DNA of 64,000 nt from a virus (IMGVR_UViG_3300033061_002769:1780-65779), one strand, 5' to 3'. Shown: positions 26,806-36,440, counted from the first letter of the stretch. Translations and numbers: made by a program. Notes: a model not told the origin generated them from the sequence alone.

Positions 26806-28923
26806 TCAACGTTTATAACGACTAAGATCTCTCCATTCTGGTATCTTGGCCAATCGGTTAATGCGTTGTCCCACTCCAACGACAGCCCTCTCCGGCAAAC
26901 CAGCACTGCGAAGAGCATCTAAGATTGACTCGCGGGCTGCAATATACGGCTTTGCATAGGGGGCTACCGAAGGTGGAGGAAGATCAGATCCTGCGGCAAA
27001 TCTATGAGCCGCCTCATAAACAAACTCGTTATTGTACGTACCCTGGTAGTTGCCTTTATCTGGAAATGAAAGCCCATGGTCAATGAGGTGAAGCCTTCCC
27101 CCTGGCTCCACTAGCCAATTGCCCGCATGTCTGTCCTCATTCCCAATTACATAGTCAAAGACAGCTGCTCGGGCCAATCCTTCACGTCCATCATAAGTAT
27201 CTTCAGGAAACGAGCTCTTTATAGCTTCCTCACCGGGCATAAAGGCCATCATGGCCCCCCGTTCACCATCGACCTCTCGTATTGCAACCGGAGCAACCAT
27301 ATCATCCATCCCGACAATCTTGGCTACTTGCCAGGCGGCGAACTCACGCTCAGTTTCATACCCTGGCGTGATATTAGTGCGCAATGGTTCAAGCGAAGCG
27401 CCAGATTGAGGTTTAAAAACAGCTTTGTCTCCGTTTGCCAAAGTGACAAGCATGGTCTCATTCTCCCCGCCCCCAAGATCCTTCCTGCCGCTAATCCCTT
27501 GCGATAATAAATTCTTCTCTGCAACGCCCGGACCAGATGATCCGCCTGTGACTTCAGGAGACCCTTCCCCACCACCATCTCCGGACCATCTTCCCTGTTC
27601 ATCACGTGGCTGATCAAGATCATACTTCACCAAGTTCGCCTCTTCGATCTTTTGCCGTTTCCCGCGCCCACCAATACTGAAAGCCCGTAATTCACCAGTC
27701 TTGATCTTCTTCCAGGTTTCCGGGTCGTCCACACGGAATCCTCCAAACCATCCTACGCACTTCAGGTCCAGAGCGGCATCGATACCCTGATCGTGAAGAG
27801 ATTTGAGCATCACCTCCTGCTTCTCCTGTGTAAAGACAACAGACTCGACCAGACGCCCGATACCAACCACGTCATCATTCTTGTTGGTCTCGTGCATCTC
27901 GCCCGCTTTGCGGGCATGGAGAACAAATTCGTAGGCACTGGACTCCAACATTTCGGAGGAGATCACGTCGCCTTGGGCGTCGGTTATAGATTTGCCATCA
28001 ATAGCGACTATTGAGAACCATCCGAAGACAAGTTGCCGTTCAGGGTCCAGTTTGACAATAGCACCTTCAATCTCGAAGTCCCGTTCGTTCGTCTTCTCAA
28101 CAAAAGTTCCTGTCAGAGGATACTCCTTCCGCTCACCACCAATACATAACACGATTATGCTGAACGTAACCTGAACCGGGTCAATCCTCTGAACGGGCAG
28201 ATCGGCTTTAGGATCAATGTAGGCCAACGTAACATGCGATGTATAGCCAAAATTCTTACGAGGTTCAAACCCAGCAGACTCCAAAGCTTCTACCAGCTCA
28301 CAACGAAAGTCCTGAATCTTCGTTGATTCAAACGTAGCAATCGCAACATCTTTGTTGTCCGAATGCTCAGTAGCGTTGAATCGCCCCGGACCTCCCAGTT
28401 CACCTGAAACCGGAGCGTGACTAGACGCAAAGTTCTGGATAGCAGTTTCAAGAGCGGGAAGCATTGCCGCATCTACTTCTTCCTGCTTCCCCAAATATGC
28501 CAGTGTCAGATGAAGATCCCCAAAAGACTCACCGTCTTCCAAAGCGAGTTTGGCAGCCGTCTCGGAATCAGGAAAGAAGGCAATCATGATACCGCTACCG
28601 GCCTTCTCGATATCGATCCAGTCGGCTTTCTCGACATCCTCTTCATCTGCCGTCCCATCGGTGATAATGACAAATTCCTGATCCTTAGCAAGATCTACGA
28701 ATGCATTGCAAACCGAAGCAACATCCGATTCGCTCTTACTGGCAAGGACACGCATTTCAGTAATAGCCTTTTCGACATCTTCAGTATATCCGCGCTGAAC
28801 AAGTGAGACGAGCGTCGGGTACTTCTTGCCATCCTTGTTGACCACGGCAATCAAGTCCGAGTATCCAGAACTTGAGGCAAACTGTCCAAGCGCCTCAGTC
28901 ACATTTGCGATTTCCAGACCCAT
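26806..28923 (-). CDS. Polyprotein: N-terminal domain + 2H phosphoesterase + XkdF-like prohead protease + PI3/PI4K/HipA-like kinase
   Basis: 2H motifs LHLTLAY and SHVTLAY; protease-like QLVFGW, DAQGD, GEMH and AFSIGG; kinase AVFKP, REFAAW, DRHAGN and IDHG. Confidence 0.8.
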   Translation of the reverse strand: MGLEIANVTEALGQFASSSGYSDLIAVVNKDGKKYPTLVSLVQRGYTEDVEKAITEMRVLASKSESDVASVCNAFVDLAKDQEFVIITDGTADEEDVEKADWIDIEKAGSGIMIAFFPDSETAAKLALEDGESFGDLHLTLAYLGKQEEVDAAMLPALETAIQNFASSHAPVSGELGGPGRFNATEHSDNKDVAIATFESTKIQDFRCELVEALESAGFEPRKNFGYTSHVTLAYIDPKADLPVQRIDPVQVTFSIIVLCIGGERKEYPLTGTFVEKTNERDFEIEGAIVKLDPERQLVFGWFSIVAIDGKSITDAQGDVISSEMLESSAYEFVLHARKAGEMHETNKNDDVVGIGRLVESVVFTQEKQEVMLKSLHDQGIDAALDLKCVGWFGGFRVDDPETWKKIKTGELRAFSIGGRGKRQKIEEANLVKYDLDQPRDEQGRWSGDGGGEGSPEVTGGSSGPGVAEKNLLSQGISGRKDLGGGENETMLVTLANGDKAVFKPQSGASLEPLRTNITPGYETEREFAAWQVAKIVGMDDMVAPVAIREVDGERGAMMAFMPGEEAIKSSFPEDTYDGREGLARAAVFDYVIGNEDRHAGNWLVEPGGRLHLIDHGLSFPDKGNYQGTYNNEFVYEAAHRFAAGSDLPPPSVAPYAKPYIAARESILDALRSAGLPERAVVGVGQRINRLAKIPEWRDLSRYKR

Positions 28924-28926
28924 ACA

Positions 28927-31290
28927 CTACCTTCCTCTCACCATCTCACGCAGAGTAGGCAAGGTCACCAAAGTCATCGACCGAACCCGAAATGAGCCAA
29001 CTCCCTTAGAGACATAATACTTCGTACCTCCGGCACGCTTGTCAGCTACTACAGTAAACATCTTGATTCGGCTGCGAACAGACTCCCCCACCTTACGGTC
29101 CATGGCAACCTTGCTCATGGTAATCTTCCCGTTCCTACTATCTACCATAGTTTTCAATTCGACCCCGACTTTGTCGTTGCGCAAATCGAATGCTGAGTTA
29201 TCACCGGTCCTAGGAATACCCAATGCACGACTGATAATCCGCTCCTGCTCATCTGCAATCCGCTGCTTGTCGGCTCCGCAAGGTTTTCGAGAGTCCAAGG
29301 CCCTCTGCGCTCGCTCGGATAGTTTAGGAAGTATAGCAACTGTACCTGCGACTCGCGGGTTGCCCCGGATCACTTCGCCTTTGTCGTTGACCATCACATG
29401 CTGACCGTTGATTGTGACCCATTCACCCTCCTCGTCATCCCCGGCCTTCTCGACTTGGTCGCGCTCAATCTTCTTCAGCACTCGTCCAGCCCAAAGAGCG
29501 GCCCGCGATCCACCCCAGGCATTGCGCCAAATGTCGGGCGTGTCGGTTGCTGTATCTTCAGTGGCAAAATAGGCAGCGATCTTTCGGACCTCGACTTCGG
29601 CAATGCCCTCGCCCTTGGAAAGCGGCTCGGTGATGCCGTTAATGGAAGTCCCAGCTTCCTGTGCCGTCTTGCAGGCACGGTTGACTTCAATGGGAGGTAA
29701 ATAGAGCGTAAGAGTATGATCTTCAGCTTTCTCCAAATCCTCGTTGCCCTTGTCGGTATCATCGTCAGTCAGACTGTGTAGAATGAGATAGACACCCGGT
29801 TTCAGTTCATCATCGTCAGTCACATCAATCTCTTTGATTTTGCCATTGTGCCAACGAAGCATGTCGGCATGTTCAGGGTCGTTGGGTTTGAGCAAATCCT
29901 TGATGTCTAACTTGTAATCCTCGGGACAGTCAGCATCGACCCAACTCTTAAGCAACTCCATGCCACGTGAATGCATTACAACGCCGATCTTCATGTTGGG
30001 ATGAATTTCGGAGTCTGTGTAGACATCCAGCAGATAATCCAACTGCCGGATTTTGGCATTCTCAAATGGTTCACCCGGTTTCCCATCGTTGCCTTTCCCG
30101 GGGGGTACTTCCTCGGGATGTTCTATGTAATGTTCAATCAAGCTTCCTACATCGCTCGATTCCCGACCTTCCATCTCGCCCAGACGCCACGGTCGAAGAG
30201 CATCGGCAGGTTCAGCACGTTCCATTTCCGGGTTGTGTTTAGCAATAGCGTCTGCTGTTTCAATAGCACGCGGCAACGGGGAACTGTGCAACACATCCAA
30301 TCCACCTTTAAGAGCGATCCGTTGGCCCAACTTGTCGGCCAGCACGCGTCCCTTGGAGTTGAGCGAGATAGAAGAATTACCACTGATGCGTTTAGCAATC
30401 TCTTCAAGTTGCCCTTCACGTTTTAGATATTCCCCAGAATGCAAAGCGGCGCGGCCGCGTTCTCCATAACGAGTTGAATCCGATCTTTCAGACTCTTGAT
30501 AGTCGCCATTTATAATCCAGCCACCACCTACAATACGTTCCGCTGGAATACCTTTGTCTCGCGCCATGCGAACATGGGTAATGCCCGCAAAATCCTTCTG
30601 CCAGTAAAGCGATCCGTCATCCGTCCGGATTGCAGAGAATTGCCCCTTATCAGGAGGAACGGGATCTGGTTTTGGAAGCGCTCGTGGAGAAAGTTTATCA
30701 GTATCTCCTCCCCCATCACCAGCAGTCCACTTCCCGCTTTCATCTCGAGGTTGGTTCTCGGAGTACTTCTTGATCTCTGCTACAATTGCCTCATAGTCGC
30801 TCATGTCGAGAACCGGTTTCTTGATCAGCAACTCTGTAATCTTCTCCGTAATGACATGCAACGGTTCGTCTTCTTTAATCTCCTCACGGGCCGTCTCCAA
30901 CAATCGAATAAACAACGGCACGTCCAGCGTGATCTTATCCTGTTTGGAGATCAACGGCAAAGCCAATACACCTACGTTAGGTGGAGCTACATCCTGCGTA
31001 CCCGGATCGTCCTTTCTTTTGTCTGATCCAAGAGGACGGTTGACATGAACATCACCTACTGTAAGAGCGTCCTTATGAATCCAAACCTTCTTCTCCGAGT
31101 TCCACAAATAGCCTGCATCTTCCAGCACGCGGTACGCCTTAATATAGGCGTGCATCTCCGTCCGCCCGTCACTGACATGAGAATTAAACGCCGCGCGAAA
31201 GAGCGTCTGAGCAACATCGTCGGGTAGCGCCGCGCGGACTGCCTCAGGAAGATCACCATTCGCGGAGTAGTGAATGACGCGGAGTTTCAT
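28927..31290 (-). CDS. Polyvalent head protein: ChaB-like + histidine-phosphatase-like + further domains + C-terminal PD-(D/E)xK-like domain
   Basis: LPEAVRAALP..AQTLFRAAFNS (ChaB-like); SSPLPRAIETA, LGEMEG and VMHS (His-phosphatase-like, no clear RHG); AFDL...VELKT. Confidence 0.65.
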   Translation of the reverse strand: MKLRVIHYSANGDLPEAVRAALPDDVAQTLFRAAFNSHVSDGRTEMHAYIKAYRVLEDAGYLWNSEKKVWIHKDALTVGDVHVNRPLGSDKRKDDPGTQDVAPPNVGVLALPLISKQDKITLDVPLFIRLLETAREEIKEDEPLHVITEKITELLIKKPVLDMSDYEAIVAEIKKYSENQPRDESGKWTAGDGGGDTDKLSPRALPKPDPVPPDKGQFSAIRTDDGSLYWQKDFAGITHVRMARDKGIPAERIVGGGWIINGDYQESERSDSTRYGERGRAALHSGEYLKREGQLEEIAKRISGNSSISLNSKGRVLADKLGQRIALKGGLDVLHSSPLPRAIETADAIAKHNPEMERAEPADALRPWRLGEMEGRESSDVGSLIEHYIEHPEEVPPGKGNDGKPGEPFENAKIRQLDYLLDVYTDSEIHPNMKIGVVMHSRGMELLKSWVDADCPEDYKLDIKDLLKPNDPEHADMLRWHNGKIKEIDVTDDDELKPGVYLILHSLTDDDTDKGNEDLEKAEDHTLTLYLPPIEVNRACKTAQEAGTSINGITEPLSKGEGIAEVEVRKIAAYFATEDTATDTPDIWRNAWGGSRAALWAGRVLKKIERDQVEKAGDDEEGEWVTINGQHVMVNDKGEVIRGNPRVAGTVAILPKLSERAQRALDSRKPCGADKQRIADEQERIISRALGIPRTGDNSAFDLRNDKVGVELKTMVDSRNGKITMSKVAMDRKVGESVRSRIKMFTVVADKRAGGTKYYVSKGVGSFRVRSMTLVTLPTLREMVRGR

Positions 31291-32294
31291 TATGCCGCTA
31301 CCTCTTTCAAACTATCAGCATCGATTGCCGTAGTACATCGGCAAGAAGGATGCGGATCAGGTGGCTCCATGATTCCCGGTGCAAATTCCTCATCCATACC
31401 TGCCGTTTCCTCATCCAGACCCGCGCACTCAGAACAGGTCCGATCATCCATCGAAGCTATCCACCGCCGCCGTGCTGTATGCGGAAGCAATCCTTGTTGC
31501 CGGGCCTGCCGCCAAAGCTCGCGTTGTCCTTTATTTGCGGCTCTTATGCTCTCGGTCCTAGCAATGTTTCGCGCTCGATACTGTAAATACCGTTCCCGAT
31601 ACCGTTGCACCAGTTTGTCGATGTAGTTCTTATCAAGGCTCTGTCCCGTGTTAAGCGCCCGAAGGAGAGTTGGGTCGAAACGACCGTCGCGCAAGGAACG
31701 GGACAGAGCATTGCGCAGCGCCGAGCCCCCCGACTCCAGCGCCTTACGATAATTGGTTACGGCTTGTTCCATACGAGCCGTCAACCCGATTATGCCTTTG
31801 ATCTCGCGTGCCTGTTCATAAGGATGACCCCCTTCACGAAAGGCCCTCAGGATAACCTGCTGAACTGCTTCACGCTGACTCTGGGTAACCTGTTGAATCA
31901 AATTGAATGTGTAGGATTGCAAAAAGTTCACCGATTCGGGATTCAACAAATCGAACGAGAGATTCACACTCACTTTAGCGGGCAGACGCATCATTGCTAC
32001 CTTGGCTCCAGCTGCGTAGGCCATCTGAATGGCATCACGCACGCTCTGGATGTTGGCCTCCAGACCTTTGCCTTGGAGAGCCCCGGTCAGCCGCTCGTCC
32101 AATGCCAGAATCGCCATGACTTGATTGACGTCTCCGCTTTCCAATGCTGCACTCAACTTGTTCAAAGCGATCTGACTTTTTACAGCTTCGATCGCCGCCA
32201 GGTAGGCGTTGCGAATCTTCGGTTCCATTGACGCTGCTGCTAGCAGCAACGGATCGTCGGAGGAGAGCATCACTTTGAGAATAGTTATGGGCAT
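31290..32294 (-). CDS. MuF (Mu gpF/SPP1 gp7-like) head morphogenesis protein
   Basis: IARTE...RRWIASMDDRTCSEC...HPSCRC; immediately after the portal gene. Confidence 0.9.
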   Translation of the reverse strand: MPITILKVMLSSDDPLLLAAASMEPKIRNAYLAAIEAVKSQIALNKLSAALESGDVNQVMAILALDERLTGALQGKGLEANIQSVRDAIQMAYAAGAKVAMMRLPAKVSVNLSFDLLNPESVNFLQSYTFNLIQQVTQSQREAVQQVILRAFREGGHPYEQAREIKGIIGLTARMEQAVTNYRKALESGGSALRNALSRSLRDGRFDPTLLRALNTGQSLDKNYIDKLVQRYRERYLQYRARNIARTESIRAANKGQRELWRQARQQGLLPHTARRRWIASMDDRTCSECAGLDEETAGMDEEFAPGIMEPPDPHPSCRCTTAIDADSLKEVAA

Positions 32295-32296
32295 AA

Positions 32297-33772
32297 CTAC
32301 ACTGCTGTCTCCAAACGATCTCCCGCTTCCTGTTGGTTTGTCGGACTACTCGCCGTAGGCTTCTTCCCCGTCGGTCGTGTAGCGGCTCCGGGTTGTTGTG
32401 GCACAGGCGGTTGTTTCGATCCTGCCTCGGCATCTTCCGGTTCCTCGGGCAGACGTCCGACTTTTCTGACGTAGTTTGCTGTCTCGCGATCAAAAAATGT
32501 CATGCCCGACGCTGATAGTTTGCTGATGAAGTCCGCCAGCTCCTCCAAATCCCGGACACCGATCTCACCCGCAACCAGCTTTGGGGCATCCGTGATATCC
32601 ATCGCGTTCAGAGACAAAAGGCGTGGGATAGCAATCCGATTGATCACAGCTGCAACCGAATCCATGAACGCTCCAATAGCCAATGAGAAGATCTGTGTAG
32701 CACTCATATGCAAGGCCCGACTGCCCGTAGGTGTCTGCCCGAACTGCACAAAGCCCGCCAAAACGGTATTGAGCATGTCGGCGTTGTAGCGTTGAATCGC
32801 CGCTCCGGGGTCCGTCTGTTTAGCCCCGGCTGTTCGCAACAGTTCCAACTTGACATGCGGGTTGCCCTTCTCATCGTAAGCTTGTGGGAGAACAATACCA
32901 GCCTGATCATCGATACGGATGTCACGAACCAGTTTACGGGCAGCATCGGCCCCAGTCAACCCGTTCATGTTCATCTGGGCCAACGCTTCGGCGCTCATGT
33001 AAAGAACCGGAATGCCGCAAAGATCGCGTTCGATTCCGATTCCCTCGATCTCTTCCAGGCGGCGCTTGAAGACCCACGAACGGTAGCAGTTGCGCAACAG
33101 GCTTCTGCCTTCAGGATTATTTTTCAGGTTGGTTGTACGGAACAACAACAGCTTTTCAATTGGAATAGGAACCGTCCGATAGTCAGGAGCAGCCAACTGC
33201 ACAGCGCCCTGAAGGCCACCCTCATCGTCCCAGATCCAGTAAAGAATCGACTCCTGGGCACGAGGAGCAATCTTGCGCCATCCGATAAGTCCATCATCGT
33301 ATTTTGATGCCTTGCGGCCATCAGGTCCCTGTCGTCGTTTGTAAACCGTCTCGAACAGAGCAAAGCCAAAGGCAAACATACTAACACATTCGGAAACGAA
33401 ATCTTCCCAGGTATGGCTCATGTCCTCCATACATTCGGTAACGAACTGAGCCAGCTTCTCACCCTGCTTTGTCTTGGCCGGTTCCACCCGCCACTCGGCA
33501 CGCCGAAGGATCATTTCAAGAGCAAAAAACATCGATCCGATGACCGCATCATTATCGCGCATCTCACGGTAGATTTGTTTAGCACGAGCAGTGGAAAGAT
33601 CACGAAGCCACTCTTCAAAAATGTACCCAGTTCCTTTTGTACGCAGCAAACCCGAAACACCAAACTCTGCCATTGGCGTTGGCTTAGGGAGATCCTTTGG
33701 AATAGTTCCCGGTATCACAGCAATCTCTTGTCGCGGTGAAACTACTTTTGCAATTTTATCTATCAAAGCCAT
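32297..33772 (-). CDS. Portal protein (Mu gp29/DUF935-like)
   Basis: 491 aa between TerL and MuF; NPEGRSLLR and GIERDLCGIP. Confidence 0.85.
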   Translation of the reverse strand: MALIDKIAKVVSPRQEIAVIPGTIPKDLPKPTPMAEFGVSGLLRTKGTGYIFEEWLRDLSTARAKQIYREMRDNDAVIGSMFFALEMILRRAEWRVEPAKTKQGEKLAQFVTECMEDMSHTWEDFVSECVSMFAFGFALFETVYKRRQGPDGRKASKYDDGLIGWRKIAPRAQESILYWIWDDEGGLQGAVQLAAPDYRTVPIPIEKLLLFRTTNLKNNPEGRSLLRNCYRSWVFKRRLEEIEGIGIERDLCGIPVLYMSAEALAQMNMNGLTGADAARKLVRDIRIDDQAGIVLPQAYDEKGNPHVKLELLRTAGAKQTDPGAAIQRYNADMLNTVLAGFVQFGQTPTGSRALHMSATQIFSLAIGAFMDSVAAVINRIAIPRLLSLNAMDITDAPKLVAGEIGVRDLEELADFISKLSASGMTFFDRETANYVRKVGRLPEEPEDAEAGSKQPPVPQQPGAATRPTGKKPTASSPTNQQEAGDRLETAV

Positions 33773-33783
33773 TTGACCTTCTT

Positions 33784-34650
33784 TTACGAACTACATTTTC
33801 GCATCATACCTTCTCGGGTCTTCACTGAAATCATTTGGCGGTGTACTGGGTCCGTCATTTGCTTCTTTGTACATTGAGAAAGATGCGCTCGTACTTTTGG
33901 GTCCGCCATCTTTTTCTTCATCCATTTGGAATGCTGAGCGCACTGCTGTTTGTAAGTCGGGTCGTTAATAGCCTTTTCCAACATCGTCTTTCGGATCGTA
34001 GCTGCAACACGAGCCTTGAACTCAGGATTGGCCCAACGACGTTTTGCATTTTCTGACATCTTTGCCCGGAATGCAGGATCTTGTTTCACCTTCTTCAAGG
34101 TACGGCTAACCCGCGCCTTGAATTTTGGATCGCTCCATCTTTTCTTAGCTCTTTCAGAACGGCGCGCCCGCTCTTTTGGATCTGCTCCAATATGAAGTGC
34201 TCTTTCCGAAATTTTTGCGCGGTGCTCGGGATCACAATCAGCCTTGCGCATTCCCTCAATTACCTTTTTGCGAAACTTGGAATTGCTCCAATTCCGTTTT
34301 GTCGTATATGATAACCTCTTACAAGACCGTTTGCAAAGATTTCGTATTCCATCCCCACCATCCGTTGAATTAGTAAGGTTGCAACCCCGCCTCCGCAACT
34401 TATATATCCATTGCATCTCAGCGGTCGCAGGGTCGCTCACATCAACCTGAAGAATTACTAGTTGGGGTTCCAATCCCTTCCGTAATAGCAATTGAATCCA
34501 ACAAATCTTGTGAGTTCGATGTTCTCCAGTAAAATTCTTTGCTTCTTTGATATGTCCTCGGTAGCGGTGCACAGGATTCTTTGAATACCCCACATAACGA
34601 ATTACTCCATCACGCGGGTCAGTCAAAGCATAAACCGAAGCAGTGTTCAT
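33784..34650 (-). CDS. Free-standing GIY-YIG homing endonuclease with basic repeats
   Basis: VYALTDP...RYVG, LTN..DGGDG; repeated K/R-rich WSDPxF units (NUMOD3-like). Confidence 0.8.
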   Translation of the reverse strand: MNTASVYALTDPRDGVIRYVGYSKNPVHRYRGHIKEAKNFTGEHRTHKICWIQLLLRKGLEPQLVILQVDVSDPATAEMQWIYKLRRRGCNLTNSTDGGDGIRNLCKRSCKRLSYTTKRNWSNSKFRKKVIEGMRKADCDPEHRAKISERALHIGADPKERARRSERAKKRWSDPKFKARVSRTLKKVKQDPAFRAKMSENAKRRWANPEFKARVAATIRKTMLEKAINDPTYKQQCAQHSKWMKKKMADPKVRAHLSQCTKKQMTDPVHRQMISVKTREGMMRKCSS

Positions 34651-34788
34651 AATTCAGCAGTCTTCTCTAAGACTATCCCAAAACTTCCCGATTCTTCTCA
34701 TCTACGCCGTCGTAGGCGCTGTTTTCGGGGTCCGGGTGGGGGTAAACTACCCCGACAAGATGAGAGATCGGCCTAAAGCGCTGTAGTA

Positions 34789-34941
34789 TCACTTTGCCAT
34801 CCTCCAACTTGCCCCTAGCAAGCAAAGGCCAGCGACAACCCAAGCGGCAGGAATGTAAATCAGTTCAATGCCGTACACAAGACATCCAAAACCGATAAAC
34901 AATAGTACGTCACGCAACTCGATGTTTTTCCAGAAAGTCAT
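34789..34941 (-). CDS. 50-aa membrane protein after TerL
   Basis: Manual translation MTFWKNIELRDVLLFIGFGCLVYGIELIYIPAAWVVAGLCLLGASWRMAK; starts 3 nt after the TerL stop. Confidence 0.6.
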   Translation of the reverse strand: MTFWKNIELRDVLLFIGFGCLVYGIELIYIPAAWVVAGLCLLGASWRMAK

Positions 34942-34944
34942 ATT

Positions 34945-36438
34945 TCAATACTCCCGAGCTTCGTTACTCGTTCTCCAAGGACTTTCGCGTATCTCCGAAA
35001 TGACCGAAAACAACTGAGGGGTCTCCCCGCGAACCTTCTCGACAAATGCCAACATGCAAGCCTCAGCCCGATCCGGCGACTTGACGCCCCGTTTACGCAT
35101 CTCGTCTTTACCCTCAATGACAACCTGACCACGAGCATTGTGCGAATATCGAATCGCTGCTAACTGCCCGATCATTTTGTCGTCATCAATACCGCGCAGA
35201 TCGCCAACCTGAGCCCGAAGCCGCAGTCCCCAATAATACTCAGCCTTGGCATTCGCAAACTTTTCTTTATTACGCGGTTCGGAACCTACGTTCACCGCGT
35301 GGACTACTTTGGCACCAAAAATATCACGTAGGTAGGTAAACATATTCCAACCTACACCGATGCTGTCCACATTCAGTCGCGCTAGATTCTCTTTGAAGGG
35401 AGCTAAAGCTGCCACAACACTACCACGCGGATCGGGCTGAGGCCATGCTTTCGTGAGAACAATGCAAGGCCCATCTCGAATTACCAGGACCGTCTCAGCC
35501 TCGCCGGGACCGGCTACATCAAGACCTGCACAGTAGATGCTAACGCCTGCTGTTTCCTTCATGCCTTCCCGAACACGAGCACGCTCCAACCATGAGAGCG
35601 GAATTAGCGTATCATCACTCTCCGTCGGAAACTCTCCTAAAACCTTGTATTGAAAAAAAGGATGTAGTGGACCCCATTCCTGGAATGTCTCCTTAACCCA
35701 ACGTCGTCCGCAAAGATAAGGACGTGTATTCTTGTCCAACTCAGACTCATCCAACTCCATCAAGTCCTGCCCATGGCCAACAACAACATTGGCACCGGTC
35801 TCATCCTGAAATGTAAGTGATACCCGTTGAAGATTAGGTGTATCAAAAGCGCTGATCGTATAAGTACTCCAATTCGCCCGGTTAACTGTAAAAGCATCAT
35901 GGAATGGTCCACCGATAATCGCCGGGTTTCCTATAGCCAGCAACCTTGCATCGCCACTAGCCATAAGTCCCTGAATCGCAGACCAGATCTCATTCCGAAC
36001 ACCGGGAGCTTCATCGATAATGATCAAGATTCTCCCACTGCGAAACCCCTGAAAGCGCTCCGTCTCGTTCGTGCTCAAGCCAATCGCGTAGTTTTTCTCA
36101 CTCAGCTTAATCTCCTTTTCCAAAATATGAGGATACTTAACACGCCCCATTCGCGCGCTCTTCTGCGCGGCGTCGCGGATCTCGCCCCAGAGTACAGTCT
36201 TTACCTGAAAGTTTGTAGGCGCTGTAGTAATAGCTATTGCGTCCGGATAAGTTGTAACCCACCAGAGTACCGCTGCCGCGCTGATAAAAGTCTTTCCTGA
36301 AGCATGACACGACTTCACAGCCGTTCGTCGGTTGTTAGCAATACTTTCTAGAATCGTAGCCTGCATATGCCAAATGGAATGCCCCAACACACCCCGAGCA
36401 AATCCTACCGGCGTTCCGAGACTTTTGGCATCCAGCAT
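34945..36438 (-). CDS. terL: Terminase large subunit
   Basis: Walker A-like SCHASGKT, Walker B IIIDEA and RNase H-like GLDVA. Confidence 0.9.
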   Translation of the reverse strand: MLDAKSLGTPVGFARGVLGHSIWHMQATILESIANNRRTAVKSCHASGKTFISAAAVLWWVTTYPDAIAITTAPTNFQVKTVLWGEIRDAAQKSARMGRVKYPHILEKEIKLSEKNYAIGLSTNETERFQGFRSGRILIIIDEAPGVRNEIWSAIQGLMASGDARLLAIGNPAIIGGPFHDAFTVNRANWSTYTISAFDTPNLQRVSLTFQDETGANVVVGHGQDLMELDESELDKNTRPYLCGRRWVKETFQEWGPLHPFFQYKVLGEFPTESDDTLIPLSWLERARVREGMKETAGVSIYCAGLDVAGPGEAETVLVIRDGPCIVLTKAWPQPDPRGSVVAALAPFKENLARLNVDSIGVGWNMFTYLRDIFGAKVVHAVNVGSEPRNKEKFANAKAEYYWGLRLRAQVGDLRGIDDDKMIGQLAAIRYSHNARGQVVIEGKDEMRKRGVKSPDRAEACMLAFVEKVRGETPQLFSVISEIRESPWRTSNEAREY

Positions 36439-36440
36439 TG

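Noticed and set aside
31290-32294. MuF carrying a C-terminal toxin
   Set aside because: The ORF ends about 15 aa after the HPSCRC motif; enzyme domains are on downstream genes instead
33784-34650. Group I intron splitting terL or the portal gene
   Set aside because: Both flanking genes look complete, so the endonuclease appears free-standing
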